Source: the human T2T-CHM13v2.0 reference genome, Homo sapiens
Strand: one strand, 5' to 3'
DNA: 64,000 nt
NCBI RefSeq assembly: GCF_009914755.1
Contig: NC_060937.1
Shown here: positions 25,790 through 39,444 of the stretch, piece by piece
Position numbering within the stretch: the stretch's first letter is position 1
Layout: each line of letters opens with the position of its first letter
Made by a program: the position numbers and the translations under genes
The notes under the pieces: generated by a model
The model's database searches: none
The model's input: the letters and a program-made list of their open reading frames with translations, nothing else
What the model was told of the DNA's origin: nothing

Positions 25790-27760
25790 ACATAGGAAGT
25801 GATGAAATACAGTGTATGTGCTGAAGTGTGATAAAGAAATTCAGAGAAGGGCAGGCTCAATGTGATCTGGAATATTCAGGGACACCTCATGGGGAATATA
25901 GAATTTGTGTTTGTTCTTGAAGAATAAGTAGGATTTGTGTGAAAAAAAAAAAAGCAGCAGTGAAGTATTTTGGTGAGAAGCAGCATGAGCACAGAGAGGA
26001 ATATGGTTCTTGTTGGAAAGTATAAGACCAATTCAAAAATAGAAAGATTTCATAGAGGGTTTATGTTGGACAATGTTAGGTTTATAAATTTGAAGCCAAG
26101 CTATAAAGTTCCCAGGATTTTTAATGTCAGATGAGGAATGTAAACCTAATTTCAGGAACACAGAAATGTTTAAGTTGAGAATTAAGGAATGACTGGATGA
26201 AAGCAAACTTTCAGTATATTTTTCCTGGATCAGTCACATAATAGACATTAGGCAAAGAGATCACTTTGAAAGCTTTTGAAATAATGGAGCAAGTAGGAGG
26301 GGCACTGGAAATAGAAAAAAAACAGAGAATGTAATAAATATTGTCCAATAATAAATGTTGGGGAAGGTATCAAACAGGAGGGATAAATCTGATGAATCCC
26401 AAGATGTTAAACCTCTCCATTGTTTGTGAATGCTACTGACAAACATAAAAACAGCAGAGCTGGAAGCTTCATTGGTTGAAAGGTGGCAAATTCAGCTATG
26501 TCCAAATTAATCTTGATATACCAGTTTTGATGTCCTGTATTCATTCCCTTAAGAGCAGCAAATATTGATAGCAAAGTTAGAGATGTCATGGCATTTTGAA
26601 GGAAAGGACAGTACCAGTTAGCTGGGGACATATGGAAAGGCTCTGAGAGCTTTTGAGAAACAAAGAAGAATCTTTCCTCATTCAGCGAGCTTTCATTAAG
26701 TTCCAACAACGTGCTAATCATGGTACTGGGTATTGGCGAATACAAATTCCTTCTCTTAAATGGATCATCATGAGAGAAAATGACATGAGTTGTACCAGTT
26801 GTAATCATGTGGCAAGCCCTTTTATAGCAAGTTCTGTAGAGAGAAGAAGTGCCTGTGTGAGTGTTTTTTAAGTAGGACATTTGAGGGAAGGTCTCACCAT
26901 GGAGGCATCCAGAAATTGGGTTTTAGTATTTCTCTGGAAAGGTAAGAGAAAAAAGCACTTTTTAAGAGGAACGAATGGTAGATGTAAAGACTAAAGGAAA
27001 GAAACAACTTGTTGATTTTATAATTATCAATTGCTCATAGCATTTGACAAACTAATTCACAAATACAGTGGCTAGGTCATGGGATAAGAGGCTAAAAATG
27101 AGCAGAAGTTTGTGTGCTGTACAAAGAATTTTAGATTTTAGTTTACAAGTGATAAGGAGGCACGGAAAATAGTTTAGTCCAAGAGTGAGCTGACTTTTTC
27201 TGAGTTCCAAAATGATCGATGTGGTGTTGGTATGAATGGTGACTTGGATGGGGTGCCACGATGATACTGTTAGGAAACTAATGTTATATAACTCCTGGAA
27301 GGAAATGAGATGATTGGAACTGGCAAAGTGGCTATTAGGAAGGACAGGAGGAGTCAGACTTCCAGTGTATTTGTGAAGTAGAATAGACAGGTGTCTTCCT
27401 GTAGTGATGGTTATAGGAAAAGGCAGAATCTAGGGTGACTCAGCCCTTTGGTCATTGGCTGTTGTGTGTGGTGAGACAAGAAACAGAGAAGGAGCAGGCT
27501 TACCTGCCTAGGGCCAACATGGGGCAGTCATGAGTTCAGTGTGGGTCATGTCAAGTTTGATGGGTCAAGCTGGCGATGTCTAGAAGGCAACATTATGTAT
27601 TGGTCTGGAACTTAGAAGAGACATCTTAGTGGAGATGAAGCTTTAAAAGTCATCAGCACATAGGTGATTGAAACAGGACCTGTGTGCATTCATATGTAGC
27701 TTAAGAAGATAAGAGGGCTGTGTGCAGACTCCTGGGGACACCAATATTCCAGGAGCTGGG
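25790..27760 (-). mobile_element. Degenerate L2 fragments
   Basis: GA-rich L2 antisense motifs (gaagaataagtaggattt, ttttagattttagtttacaagtgataaggagg, tgagttcagtgtgggtcatgtcaagtttga); probably discontinuous. Confidence 0.55.
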
Positions 27761-28932
27761 AGTCCAGCAGTCTTGGTGCTGGCCCTACAGATGATGTTGT
27801 TTTAACCCATGTTCCTGAGTTATATTCCCTAGCTCAGGCTGACCTCAGGTAACAAATCTATTTAAAATTTATATTTTATTTTTCCTTCACTTTTTAGTTT
27901 CTAATTCAATAAGTGGAACCAGGATATGGAAGAATTTATTTTCATATTGCTGATCTCACCTTTTTAAATTTTATTCTCTTTGGGTATGGACCAGCCTCAC
28001 AAATTTTATGAAAGCTGGCCTCACCACTTCTGGTGATCTGACGGTGTCAACAGATGAGGAGGTTTGCTTAGAATGAAGGAGAGGAGGTTAGGGAGTGAAA
28101 AAGAAGCAGCTGTTAGTTAAGTGCTCATATTGTGCCAGATTCTTTATGTTCATTAACTCACTTAGCTCCTATAACTACGTGTAAAGTGGATATTTTCCCC
28201 AGTTTTATAGATGAAAAAAATCAAGACTAAGTGTGTTGCTTGGGATCACATAGTTTGTAAGGACTGTAGCTGAGTTTCACTCCAGAATTGCCTCTTGCTC
28301 TTTCAGGGATAGATTGAGGTTTTTTTTTCCTGCCTTTCCTTGAACCTTTACCCTATGAGTCTTAATTAAGCCAAGCTAATTTCTCATAACCTTCTCACTG
28401 GGTCAGTGAAAGGCTGTGAGATTTAACATAGCTAAGATAGGATTTGGAGACAAAGTTCAGACTGTGATTTCTATGCCACATTTTATGGCATAGAAGGGGA
28501 CCTGGGGACCTCAGAACTATTACCCTCCAGGGGGACTGTTTTGTCTCCTGTGAAAGGATTGAGACATTTAGGAACAGAGGGAGACCGAAGTGAGCTAAAA
28601 TCTACAATCTCATTCCTCTAGCATTCCTTTCTTCCTGATGTGGGGTTTAATTTTCAAGACATAGAATCATAACCTATAATATTAAATGTGGGTGGGAGGA
28701 AGCACTTTTTCTTAACTGTTTATTTTTTTTAAATAATACATGCACATGGAGGAATATCTAAATAGTACAAAAGGAACTATGGTGAAAAGTGAGTGCTGGC
28801 TTTGTCCCTGCTGGGTGAGGTTCCAGCTTTCTTCCAGGCTGGAAAATCATTCACCACTCAGTCTGGGTGCAGCATTTGTGGTTGCATCTCTTAATTTCTG
28901 TTGCCTCCTCTTTGGTTCTTTTTGCCTGTTCA

Positions 28933-28995
28933 GGTGTGTTTGTGTGTGTGTGTGTGTGCGTGTGTGTGTGTGCACGTGCACACACATGCGCGTGT
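28933..28995. repeat. (TG)n/(CA)n mixed microsatellite
   Basis: Direct reading. Confidence 0.9.
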
Positions 28996-30516
28996 ATGAA
29001 TTTCATTATAAATGTAGTGACATTCAGAGGAGAGGCAGAAATAAAGGTGCTAGTAGAAAACACAAGTTTAACAGAATTTTTATCTTTAAAAATTCTTTTC
29101 TTTGGCCTTTTCCCTACTGTTCTAACTTCTTGAGTTCAGTTCTTATCTCATGTATTTTTATTCTATCTTTGTGGCAAAGAAAGAAGAAAATACCCAAGGC
29201 AGGACTTTTTTCCCTGAAAACCATTTTAGCAAACCATGTCTCCATTATCACCATTTTCAAGAGCCTATACAGTTTAATAACTTCTGTTATCAATAGTTGT
29301 TTAAGAAACACCTTTAAAATTTTAAGTGGATAGATTTTTTTATTTTATCCTTTTCAAAATAAATTTTATCATGTTATGGGTACAAAACATTGCTTTCTCT
29401 GAGTAAATCCTCTGGTGAGGGACCTTAGGATTTCAGATATTTGAACATAACATGACTAGTGACCAACAGTTGGCTCCAGCCCTTGTTCCAACTCTAATTT
29501 TCCACCGGAGTGAGCTTGTGTTTTTATTGTCTATAGAGCAAAGGGCTAGAAAGGAACCACCTCATGATCCTTTAAGATTTTCTTGGTTCAGCATATGGCA
29601 AATTCTGTAACATTATAAGTTTACTCTCTTTGTGACAATGCAGACACAAATATAGTTTTTCATTGATCTTACAATAATAATGTGATTCTCACATTTTGAA
29701 ATTTAAAATTTTTATTTCAGCATTCAATCTCCTTCCTTTGTTGATCTTTGAAATCCAGTATTGTTATCTGGGTATGTCCTATTTGTGACAGTTCTTCATC
29801 TTTTTGCTTCTAAGACATAGTACACCACTTCTTAGATGAATTATAGAAAGTTTACGGAGCCTCTCCTTTTGGGACAGGGGTACCAATTATTTATGTGTTG
29901 GATTTTCTTTGTCAGTCTTTCATTATCTATCATTACCGATTATTTTCTCTGTTATCCCTTTCAGTTCTTTGTTCATTTCATTTTTATTACTTTTTAAATA
30001 GTATTTTCCATGGCCTTTATAAGGTATGTGTAAATGTCTATTTTCTATTTTGCTACCTCTAATGTGGACTTCATTTCTGAGACAGTGTTTTAATATTTTT
30101 CACTTATTTCTTGATCTCTGCTAGCTTAGGTTTCAGCTTTTCCTGTTTTCCTGACACATTTCCCTGTCACATTTCCCTGTACTTTTTTGTTAATTATGTG
30201 GAAATTTTTTTAAATAGAAGCAGTGTCATGGTAAGATTTCTTAATGTGTGTGGCTATATATAGTCATTCTTTTATTTTTCTTTTAATTTTCTTGCATTGT
30301 TTCCCAATGAGTGTTTATTTGCTTCATTCTTTTTTTCTTTTAGTTATACAGAGCAGTACTTCCTCCTCCTCCTCCTTCTCCTCCTCCTCCTCCTTATTTT
30401 TCGTTTTTGAACCAGGTGAGTTCAGGCTAGGAGAAATTCTCCTTACAAAAGAGAATTGTTTGTATAATTTAGTTATTAGCCTCTACATGTTCTCATTTGT
30501 CAGAGGCAGCAGCTAA

Positions 30517-30973
<457 letters not shown>

Positions 30974-32222
30974 TAAGAGTGTGCGATGTGAGGGTTACTT
31001 TGAAAGAATAGTGTTATCCTGTCTGAGTCTGAAATTTGCAGCTACAGGCATTCCCTCTATATATCTTCCAACACCCCTATTTGACCTTCACTGTATTTGG
31101 CAGTCTTTTCTCAGGTATTATTGATTTTCCAGGTATTACTATTTTCTATAGGAATGGGATGTGCATTTTTTTAAAAAATCCTCCTAGTTGCTTTTGGGTG
31201 ATCATGCCAGGAGAAGAGGCATATACTGTCCTGTCTTCTGTCTTATAAATTGGAAGTAAAAATGGAGCTTAAATCAATTAATTAACAAGGTGTAATGTTA
31301 CGTACTCAGAGGTAAGTAAGGATGAGCTAGACATTCTTTCTTGTCTTAGTAATCTTACAATTTATTAAAGTGGCCAAGAAATGCAAATATCAATGGAAAA
31401 CTAACCCAGTAATAGGCAACATATGAGTGCTACCTAAAGGGACAATAAGAGTTTGGGAATTTGGACCAGGGAAAAGTGGCTGAGGTCTGCCGTGGTCACG
31501 CATGAAAGTTACTCTCCATTTCCTGCTTCACTGCCCTGGAGGAGGCTGCCAGAAGTCAGAACAAGCCTGACTCTTTCTACCTCCAGTCCCTGCCTTTCTG
31601 TCCAAGGCAGCAGCTACTGCAGATGGTGAAAGAGAATCCCCCTTTGAGAGAAAAAGGTAGAGCAACATGTTTTCATGAAGTTTCCCAGTCAATGCTTGGC
31701 CCTAAGAATCACCTGGAAAGATAATCACGATGGACACAGGATCTCCAGAGAAGACCTGGGATTTGTATCTTTCACAAAGGCCCAGAGTAATTTGGGTAAT
31801 CAGGTAATTTTGGAAATCCCTAGCCTAGGAGATAGAGCACTACGCTGGAAGGGAAGAGACCTGTATTTTGTTTCCGGCTTTGCTGCTAAGTAGGTGTAGA
31901 ATTTGGATAAGTTTCAACGTATCTGAGCCTCGATTTTTTTGTCTATAAAAGGAGGGAGCTTGGCTTGATGGTGTCTAAGAATCACTTCCAACTTTAATAT
32001 TCCATGATTCTCTAAAACATACAGCATTTTAATAAAATTCTATAACTCCCTTATAAAAAGAAAAGGGAGAGAAGAAGGATTAGGGACAAGGGACTAAGGA
32101 AAGGAATTAGTTTTTCCTTATAGACAAAAGGAATGGAATGAAGCCCTTTCTCCTGATATGTCTGAAAAAAGAACTTTTAGGGGCAGAGTTTCAGTAAAAT
32201 TTCAGTTAAAAACAAAATAGCG

Positions 32223-32362
32223 TCTCTTTACTGGCCCAGAAACCAAAAGTGCACATATGTTAGACATGGTTTGTACTGATTATTCTGGAATGAGCTATGC
32301 ATTCATAGAACGTTGATTTTCTCAAGAGAAATCATAAAGCACCAATAGCATTATTTTCCCTC
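32223..32362 (+). repeat. Dispersed direct duplication, copy 1 (140 bp)
   Basis: Matches 35267-35406 with about 7 mismatches. Confidence 0.95.
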
Positions 32363-35202
32363 CCAGTGTTTGCACACGCCAAGGTAAGGGAAAGTCTTCC
32401 CTTGGTTGTTTTTTTGTAAGAATGACCTTTTTCTTACTTCAGGAGTTTGATTGGCAGGTCCCTACTAAGGAGGAAAAATGAATTTCAAAGCAGACCTAAA
32501 AAAAACATTTTTTTTTTCTTCTACTTCTGGGCTTTTGTTGCTCCAGGTGTTACAGAAAAAGCACATTTCTCAACTGGTCTATTCCCTAATAACAGTATTA
32601 TTAAGATCCCCAAGCACATCTGATATCTCTCTTCCAGAGTCTAGGGAGCACCATTCATTTAGTGATGCGTCAGCCACAAAGAGATTGCATTTTGCTTTGT
32701 TTGAAGGCCCTGAGTGTCCTTATTATTTCTGTTTGTAGAAACACTGGGGTACACATGAAAGGGGGAACAGGGAGACATGAAGAAGAAAACAACCCTGGAG
32801 TCCGGGTGCTGATTGCCTTTTTTATTCGCTTGAAAACCCTCCCGGTGGATTGATTTGTGATTTGGATACCACTTCTCCAGCTTGGGACTCTGAAGTCTGT
32901 GCTTGTCATGCACTTCAGACAGTCAGCAGCCTTCTCACAGGTGAGTGATTATGATGGGGATGCTAATTGGTTTGTTCCACCACCTTTTCCTTCAAAGTGT
33001 AGCAGGCTTGCAATTTTCGATGGCCACAGGGAACAGGAACAGCATGCATAAGTGGAATCCACAAAAAATAAAACTGCTTTACTGAATTGCCTCCAAATTC
33101 TCCTGGATCAAAAGTGGACTAATTCTAAAAGTGGGGACCAGCCAAATTTGGGGTGAGAGGTGCAGTGGACAGAGGCGCAAGACTCTAGGGCTACTATGCC
33201 ACATATTTGTTGTTAGAACTGAAGGCGAGAGGCTGGGGAAGGCTGAGTTGCTCAGCCTGAGCTGTGTGATATCGATGTTTTGGACCAACTGGGAAAGGTC
33301 CTATTTGGGAGGAAATTACACATCTGGAAAACTCAACTTTCTGCAAAAGCTATGGGCCTTCCCTAATCGAGCCCTAAGGAGCATGAACAATCACTGTCAC
33401 CAAATCAATTGCACTTCATCACAAAGGGAAATTACCCTGCAACCATGGATCATTTTTGTCAAAACAATAGATAACAAGATATGAGAGCAAGCGCACAGCA
33501 GGGAGAAGAGATGGGTGGCATGAGACCACCATTCAGACACGGGTGTAGGTTACAGTAGGAGAAATAGTCATGAGTTATAAACGACCCAGAGGAAGAGTGG
33601 ATTATAGCACAGGCAGATAACTGGGGACACCTCACTAAGATAAATTACTTTTAGTATTGTCCAAATTGGCTTTGTCAACTTCATGGTCCCTCTTCCACTC
33701 CCATGGTAAAACAAAACCCCATACAAAAGGCCTGGTTCTGGGGATCAGGGCCTTTGGTATTCTTGATATGCCTCTTGTTCACACCACACCCCAACATTGG
33801 CTGGTTTCTCTGGCCCGAGACCCCCTTCCTCAGCATCTGTGAGCATCTCGCATTTCTGCCCAGCCCATCGTGCATTGAGTCTTTGTCTGAACTGTTCGGG
33901 GCTTCCTAATTCTTCCGTCTGCCTGTGTTCTCCAGTCCTGCCTTTGTTCTAAGCCCCATCCCCACAGGACAGCCCTGGTGTAGCACCTTGGGGCTTCTGC
34001 TTGCCAGAAAGTTTTGCCTTTGTCAGAATGACAAGCAGACTCTACAACAGGCAGTAAAATGTGGAAGGACTTATATTAACGGCACTGCTTTGCACAAACG
34101 TTGTGAACGCCAGGCTTCAAGGGATCATATGGAACCAAGGCCAACTTCATTCACCCTCCTCCCGTCACTGTTGCGTGTGGCCTCTGCTCGTTTATCAGAG
34201 GAAGCTTCACAGCAGGGAATAAATTCAGGGTCAGATGGACCCAGGACTGAATCCCACTTCTCCTCCTTACTAGCTGTCTCTTCTGGCAAATCCTTCACCA
34301 TCCCTGCACCCAGCTTTCTTACGGGTTCATGGTAAGGGAGGGGCGTAGGTGCTATAGTCACACCACTTGGGGAGTATGTGATGATGAGTGTTGTCAGCTC
34401 TCAAAAAGATGTCATTTTTCATTATTCAGCCAGCAAATATTCCAGTCACTGAGGATATAAGGAGTGATATGATTCCTTTCCAGACAGCTTCCTGTTTTCT
34501 CAGGCACCTGCCCTTTGTACTTGGCTCACATGGAAGCAGTCATTGCCTATCTGTGAAAATCCCTGTTGCTCTTCAACTGTGGCTGAACCTGTTGTAGAAA
34601 GCCTGTGCTGAAGGATGACCTCTTCGACATACTCCAGCAGCTCCTACTCGAATATTGCAGAGCACCGTCGGAGAAGCTCTGTCTCTGTCTTTCTCTCTCT
34701 CTGTAATACACATACATATGCTCACACCACTGCCCCCAGTCTGCTCACAGCCTTGGTCATCCCCAGTTAAATTCCTGCATGCATCCCCCACAGCTGTTAC
34801 ACATATTTTCCACAGCCAGTTCCCCAGCCTCACCCTGACTTTCTCCCACTGGCAGATGACCCTACTCTTCCGGTTTCTGATAAAATTTCTCACTAAATCC
34901 TCTAGGGTCTCAGTTTTCTCAGGACCATTTATAGACCCCATGCTTCTAACATCTGTGATTAGACACATTCCATTTGTTATAGCTTCAGAACCCCTCTCTG
35001 TTCTCCCCTGCACATCAGCGTCTCTTGGTGTCTCCATGCATTTCCTCCTCCCTGGAGAGAAAGAGGCTCCCTCTTTCCTACCGGGCAAATCATCCTACCT
35101 GGGGTTCCAGGAGCCCTCCACTCCCACCCTCTTCATTCTCGTTGAGGTGGCACCTCACTCACAGCCTCTCCTCTATGCCTTGTTCCTTCAGCCCCTCTCC
35201 CT

Positions 35203-35203
<1 letters not shown>

Positions 35204-35250
<47 letters not shown>
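35204..35250. repeat. (CA)n microsatellite
   Basis: Direct reading. Confidence 0.95.
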
Positions 35251-35253
<3 letters not shown>

Positions 35254-35266
35254 AAAAGCAATTGCA

Positions 35267-35406
35267 TCTCTTTACTGGCCCAGAAAACAAAAGTGCACAT
35301 ATGTTAGACATGGTTTGTATTGATTATTCTGGAATGAGCTATGCATTCATAGAACATTGATTTTCTCAATAGAAATCATAAAGCACTAATAGTATTATTT
35401 TCTCTC
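35267..35406 (+). repeat. Dispersed direct duplication, copy 2 (140 bp)
   Basis: tctctttactggcccagaaa...ttattttctctc matches 32223-32362. Confidence 0.95.
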
Positions 35407-35827
35407 GCCTTTAGCTTTATTTTTACCCTGTGATGCTATTATGCTTCCATTCTAGCTTTTCCTTCAACTCCATACACAAACTTATTGAAAAATATTTCCA
35501 AGCATATGCATTTTATCAACTCATATGTAGTTGGTAAATACATATTTGTATATATATAAAGATATAATAAAACTAAAAATCTTAAGTAAATTGCAAAATA
35601 TTTTACTAATATCCATTTCCTTAGGATTTTCTTAATATCTATTTTCCACTTTCACCATTTCAATGAAATATGTCTACCCAAAACTACCAAAGTCTAACTG
35701 TAAAATCTACTGGTATTTTGTAGGTTTTTCATCCACTGAAGTTCTTACCCTCACTTGTCTGCTGCTGAACTTTAAATTAAAACCTTATAATCTCCCCAGT
35801 ATGATTTGCCACATTCTTGATCTATCC

Positions 35828-36039
35828 CAGGGACTGGCAAGCTTTTTCTGTAAAGGGCCAGACAGTAAACATTTTCAGCTTTGAGGACCATATGGTTACT
35901 GTTACAACCACTCAACTCTTCCAGGTAGCAGGAAAGCAGCCATAAACAACATGCAAAAAAACTGGCATGGCTGTGCTCCAATAAAACTTTATTTACAAAA
36001 ACAGGCACTGACTTGCAGGCTACAGATTGCAGACCCCTA
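35828..36039. mobile_element. MER58A (hAT-Charlie non-autonomous DNA transposon)
   Basis: cagggactggcaagc...ctgtaaagggccagacagtaaa...aataaaactttatttacaaaaacaggc...gacccct. Confidence 0.85.
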
Positions 36040-36084
36040 GTCTGATTGAATTTTAGCTCCTCTTCTTCCACATCTACCATTTCC

Positions 36085-36565
36085 AATGGACTGAAAAAAT
36101 GGCACCCTAAAGATATCCATGTTCTCATCTCTGAAATTTGTACATGTTAACTCATATGATTAAAGAAAAGAGAAGTTCTTTGCATATGTGATTATGTTAA
36201 GGGTCTTGAGATGGGGAGATTATTCTGAATTATCCAGGTAGGTCCTAAAGCAGTCACATTCATATCCTTTTAAGAGGGAGGGAAAGGGAGAGTTGATGAT
36301 GCCCACACAGGAGAGGAGAAGGCAATGGGGCCAAGGAGGAAGACGTTGGGATGACGAGTCTACAATGCAAGGAATGCCAGCAACCACCAGGAATTGGAAG
36401 AGGCGAGCAAAGGAATCTTTCATAGAGCATCCAGATGAAGCCCAGCTTTGGTTTGTGCTTGATTTCAGCTCCATAAGACTCATTTCAAATTTCTGGCCTC
36501 CAGAACTGTAAGAGAATAAATTGATGTTGTTTTAAGCCATGAAATTTGTGGCTCTAGGAAACTTA
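36085..36565 (+). mobile_element. MaLR LTR (MLT1D-like)
   Basis: aaagatatccatgttctcatc...ttgagatggggagattattctg...ttctggcctccagaactgtaagagaataaa. Confidence 0.85.
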
Positions 36566-37661
36566 CCCCCTTGTTACTCATGACTATTGTCTCACTTTTT
36601 AAAAAAATTTTATAAAATCTATTTATTTCCTAGATGGACATTATCTCTTATTAAACAATGAACAAAATATGTGATATACAATCGTGCATTTAAAACATGG
36701 AAAGACAAACCAATATCTTAAAGTACATGAAGACAAACTTCAGGAGACAAATATTAAATATATCCAAAAACTAATCGGACCTGGACTTTGCTTACAAATT
36801 GTTTAAATGGAAATGGAATTCATGTTTAAGAAATGTTTTCACTGATGGAAGAATAAATCTAACAAAACCATTATGTAAAAACATAGATTTACAAAGCCAA
36901 TGTGTCTCTTAGTTTTAATTTTTATATACCCTATATGATGTTCATATTAAATGAAAATAAAGTTTTAAAAGTCTATCAGTGTAGAAAAAAGAAATTCAGT
37001 TGCTCAAGTACTAGTTAGAACATCATATTGATCTTTCTCCTTTGAGGTGCTGCTCACAGTTTACACCCTCATGTACTTTTTCTTTGCATTGTCAGGGACC
37101 AAACTCTTGGACATGGCTTCAAGTCACTGTGGACTTCAGCTTCTGAGTCATGTTTTTCCACCCTAAATCCAGTCATTGTCTTGTGACTTTAACACCAAAG
37201 AGGAAGTCCACCCAGTTAAGACCTTCTATCCAAGTTCCTTGACTAACAAGATTCCAACAAACCTGGTCTTCGCTTTACTGTGTTTCAGAAATCCACTTCC
37301 ATGACTGCATTCTTGGCCTTGGTACCACTCTTAAAATTATTATACATTTGGAATATTCAACTGAAACCCAAAAATCTCTGGCTTGCCCTGCCTTTTCCTC
37401 TACCTCCCACTCTCTTCCTCCCAGGACTCCAGAACTGTGGACTTCATTCAGCAATTCCTTGCCTCATTTCTTCCCTGTCCTCCCCTCCTAGCTTCAGTTC
37501 CTCCACAGATGAACCCCAGGGAGAAGCACTCTTGCCATTCTTCTGTGAGTCCCTCAATTCTCTTGCCCCCTTGTCCCCCCACAGCACTTGGGGTGAAAAT
37601 TCCCAACCTTGGATCAGATTCTTCCTTCATAGCACCCAAAAGTCATGGTCTTCAGCGTCAG

Positions 37662-37765
37662 TCGACTACTCACCCACCCACCCATCGTTCACTCTTAGGA
37701 CCTCATGTCCAGTTCGACTACTCAGCCACCCACCCATTGTTCACTCTTAGGACCTCGTGTCCAGT
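37662..37765. repeat. 52-bp tandem duplication (2 copies) in L2-like sequence
   Basis: tcgactactca(c/g)ccacccacccat(c/t)gttcactcttaggacctc(a/g)tgtccagt x2. Confidence 0.95.
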
Positions 37766-38214
37766 CTTTTTGCCATCTTGGCCATTCCTCTTTGAATAGT
37801 AAGTTCTGTCTGAATTTTAGCTCTTTCCTAGAGATCCTGCCACCACATCTACTGTTTGTGGTGAGCTGAAGAAATAAGAGTTTCGTGCTTCCCCCATGGT
37901 GTCCTGTGTCTAAATATTTTCCTCTTTAATGTAGGCATTGCCTGTTATTGTTCCTGTTTGCTTGTTTGTTTTTTCCTAGCTGTGACATACTGCAGGCTTC
38001 ATGCATCTAGTTTACAGCCGCTAAACTTTTCTTCTTCTTTTGTATGTGTTTCACTGTAAAGGCATATTTCTTTCATTTTCTTGTTTTTAACTTTAATTTT
38101 GGATCCTAGCATAGGGCTTCACATTGAACCTTACTAACAGTGTAGACGGTGAAGCACAGTGAGGCGTCTATGGTTTTCAATCTGCCTTTTCACTTGTGCT
38201 CCTCCATGCACCTG

Positions 38215-38705
38215 TCAACCAAGCCCTCCTTTCTTATGTGTAAACATGCCATGTAGTTTCGTTGGGATCTGATTTCTCTCTTACTCTCTTCATTGTTCAC
38301 TACAGGGATGTTCTGTAGCTCTCAGCCCGGCCAATTGAAATATCCAATGGCTCTGGCCTCCATGATTGTAGGACATGGCCCAAATCGGGTCAATCAACAT
38401 CTTCCACAGAATTTTTGCTGAGGCCATAAAGAGAAACACTCTTCCTTCTCTGGTACCATGGATGGTAAAGTAAATACAAGACTAAGATAGCCAGTGGCAG
38501 TCTTTCACGCTAAGCCTGTAAGAGAAAAAGCAAAGCTGAAAGATGGAGAGAAACATAGAACCCCAATAATATAATTCAAACCCTATGAGCCAGCCTTCCA
38601 CCCCTGTATCTTCCAATTTACATAAGCCAATAAATTTCATTTCTTATTTAAGTTCTTTTAGACTGAGTTTCTAAAATGTACAATTGAAAGAAATTTGACT
38701 AAACA
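38215..38705 (+). mobile_element. Old MaLR LTR (MLT1J/K/L-like)
   Basis: ggacatggcccaaatcgggtcaatca...ataagccaataaatttc...tttgactaaaca. Confidence 0.6.
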
Positions 38706-38738
38706 CCTTCTAAATTGCTTCTTTAAAATTCTATCACC

Positions 38739-39444
<706 letters not shown>

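Noticed and set aside
28740-29333. 197-aa ORF
   Set aside because: Runs through a (TG)n tract and old L1-like sequence; no domain.
34573-35360. Overlapping ORFs of 111-222 aa
   Set aside because: Lie in decayed L2-like DNA and (CA)n; low complexity, no coding signature.
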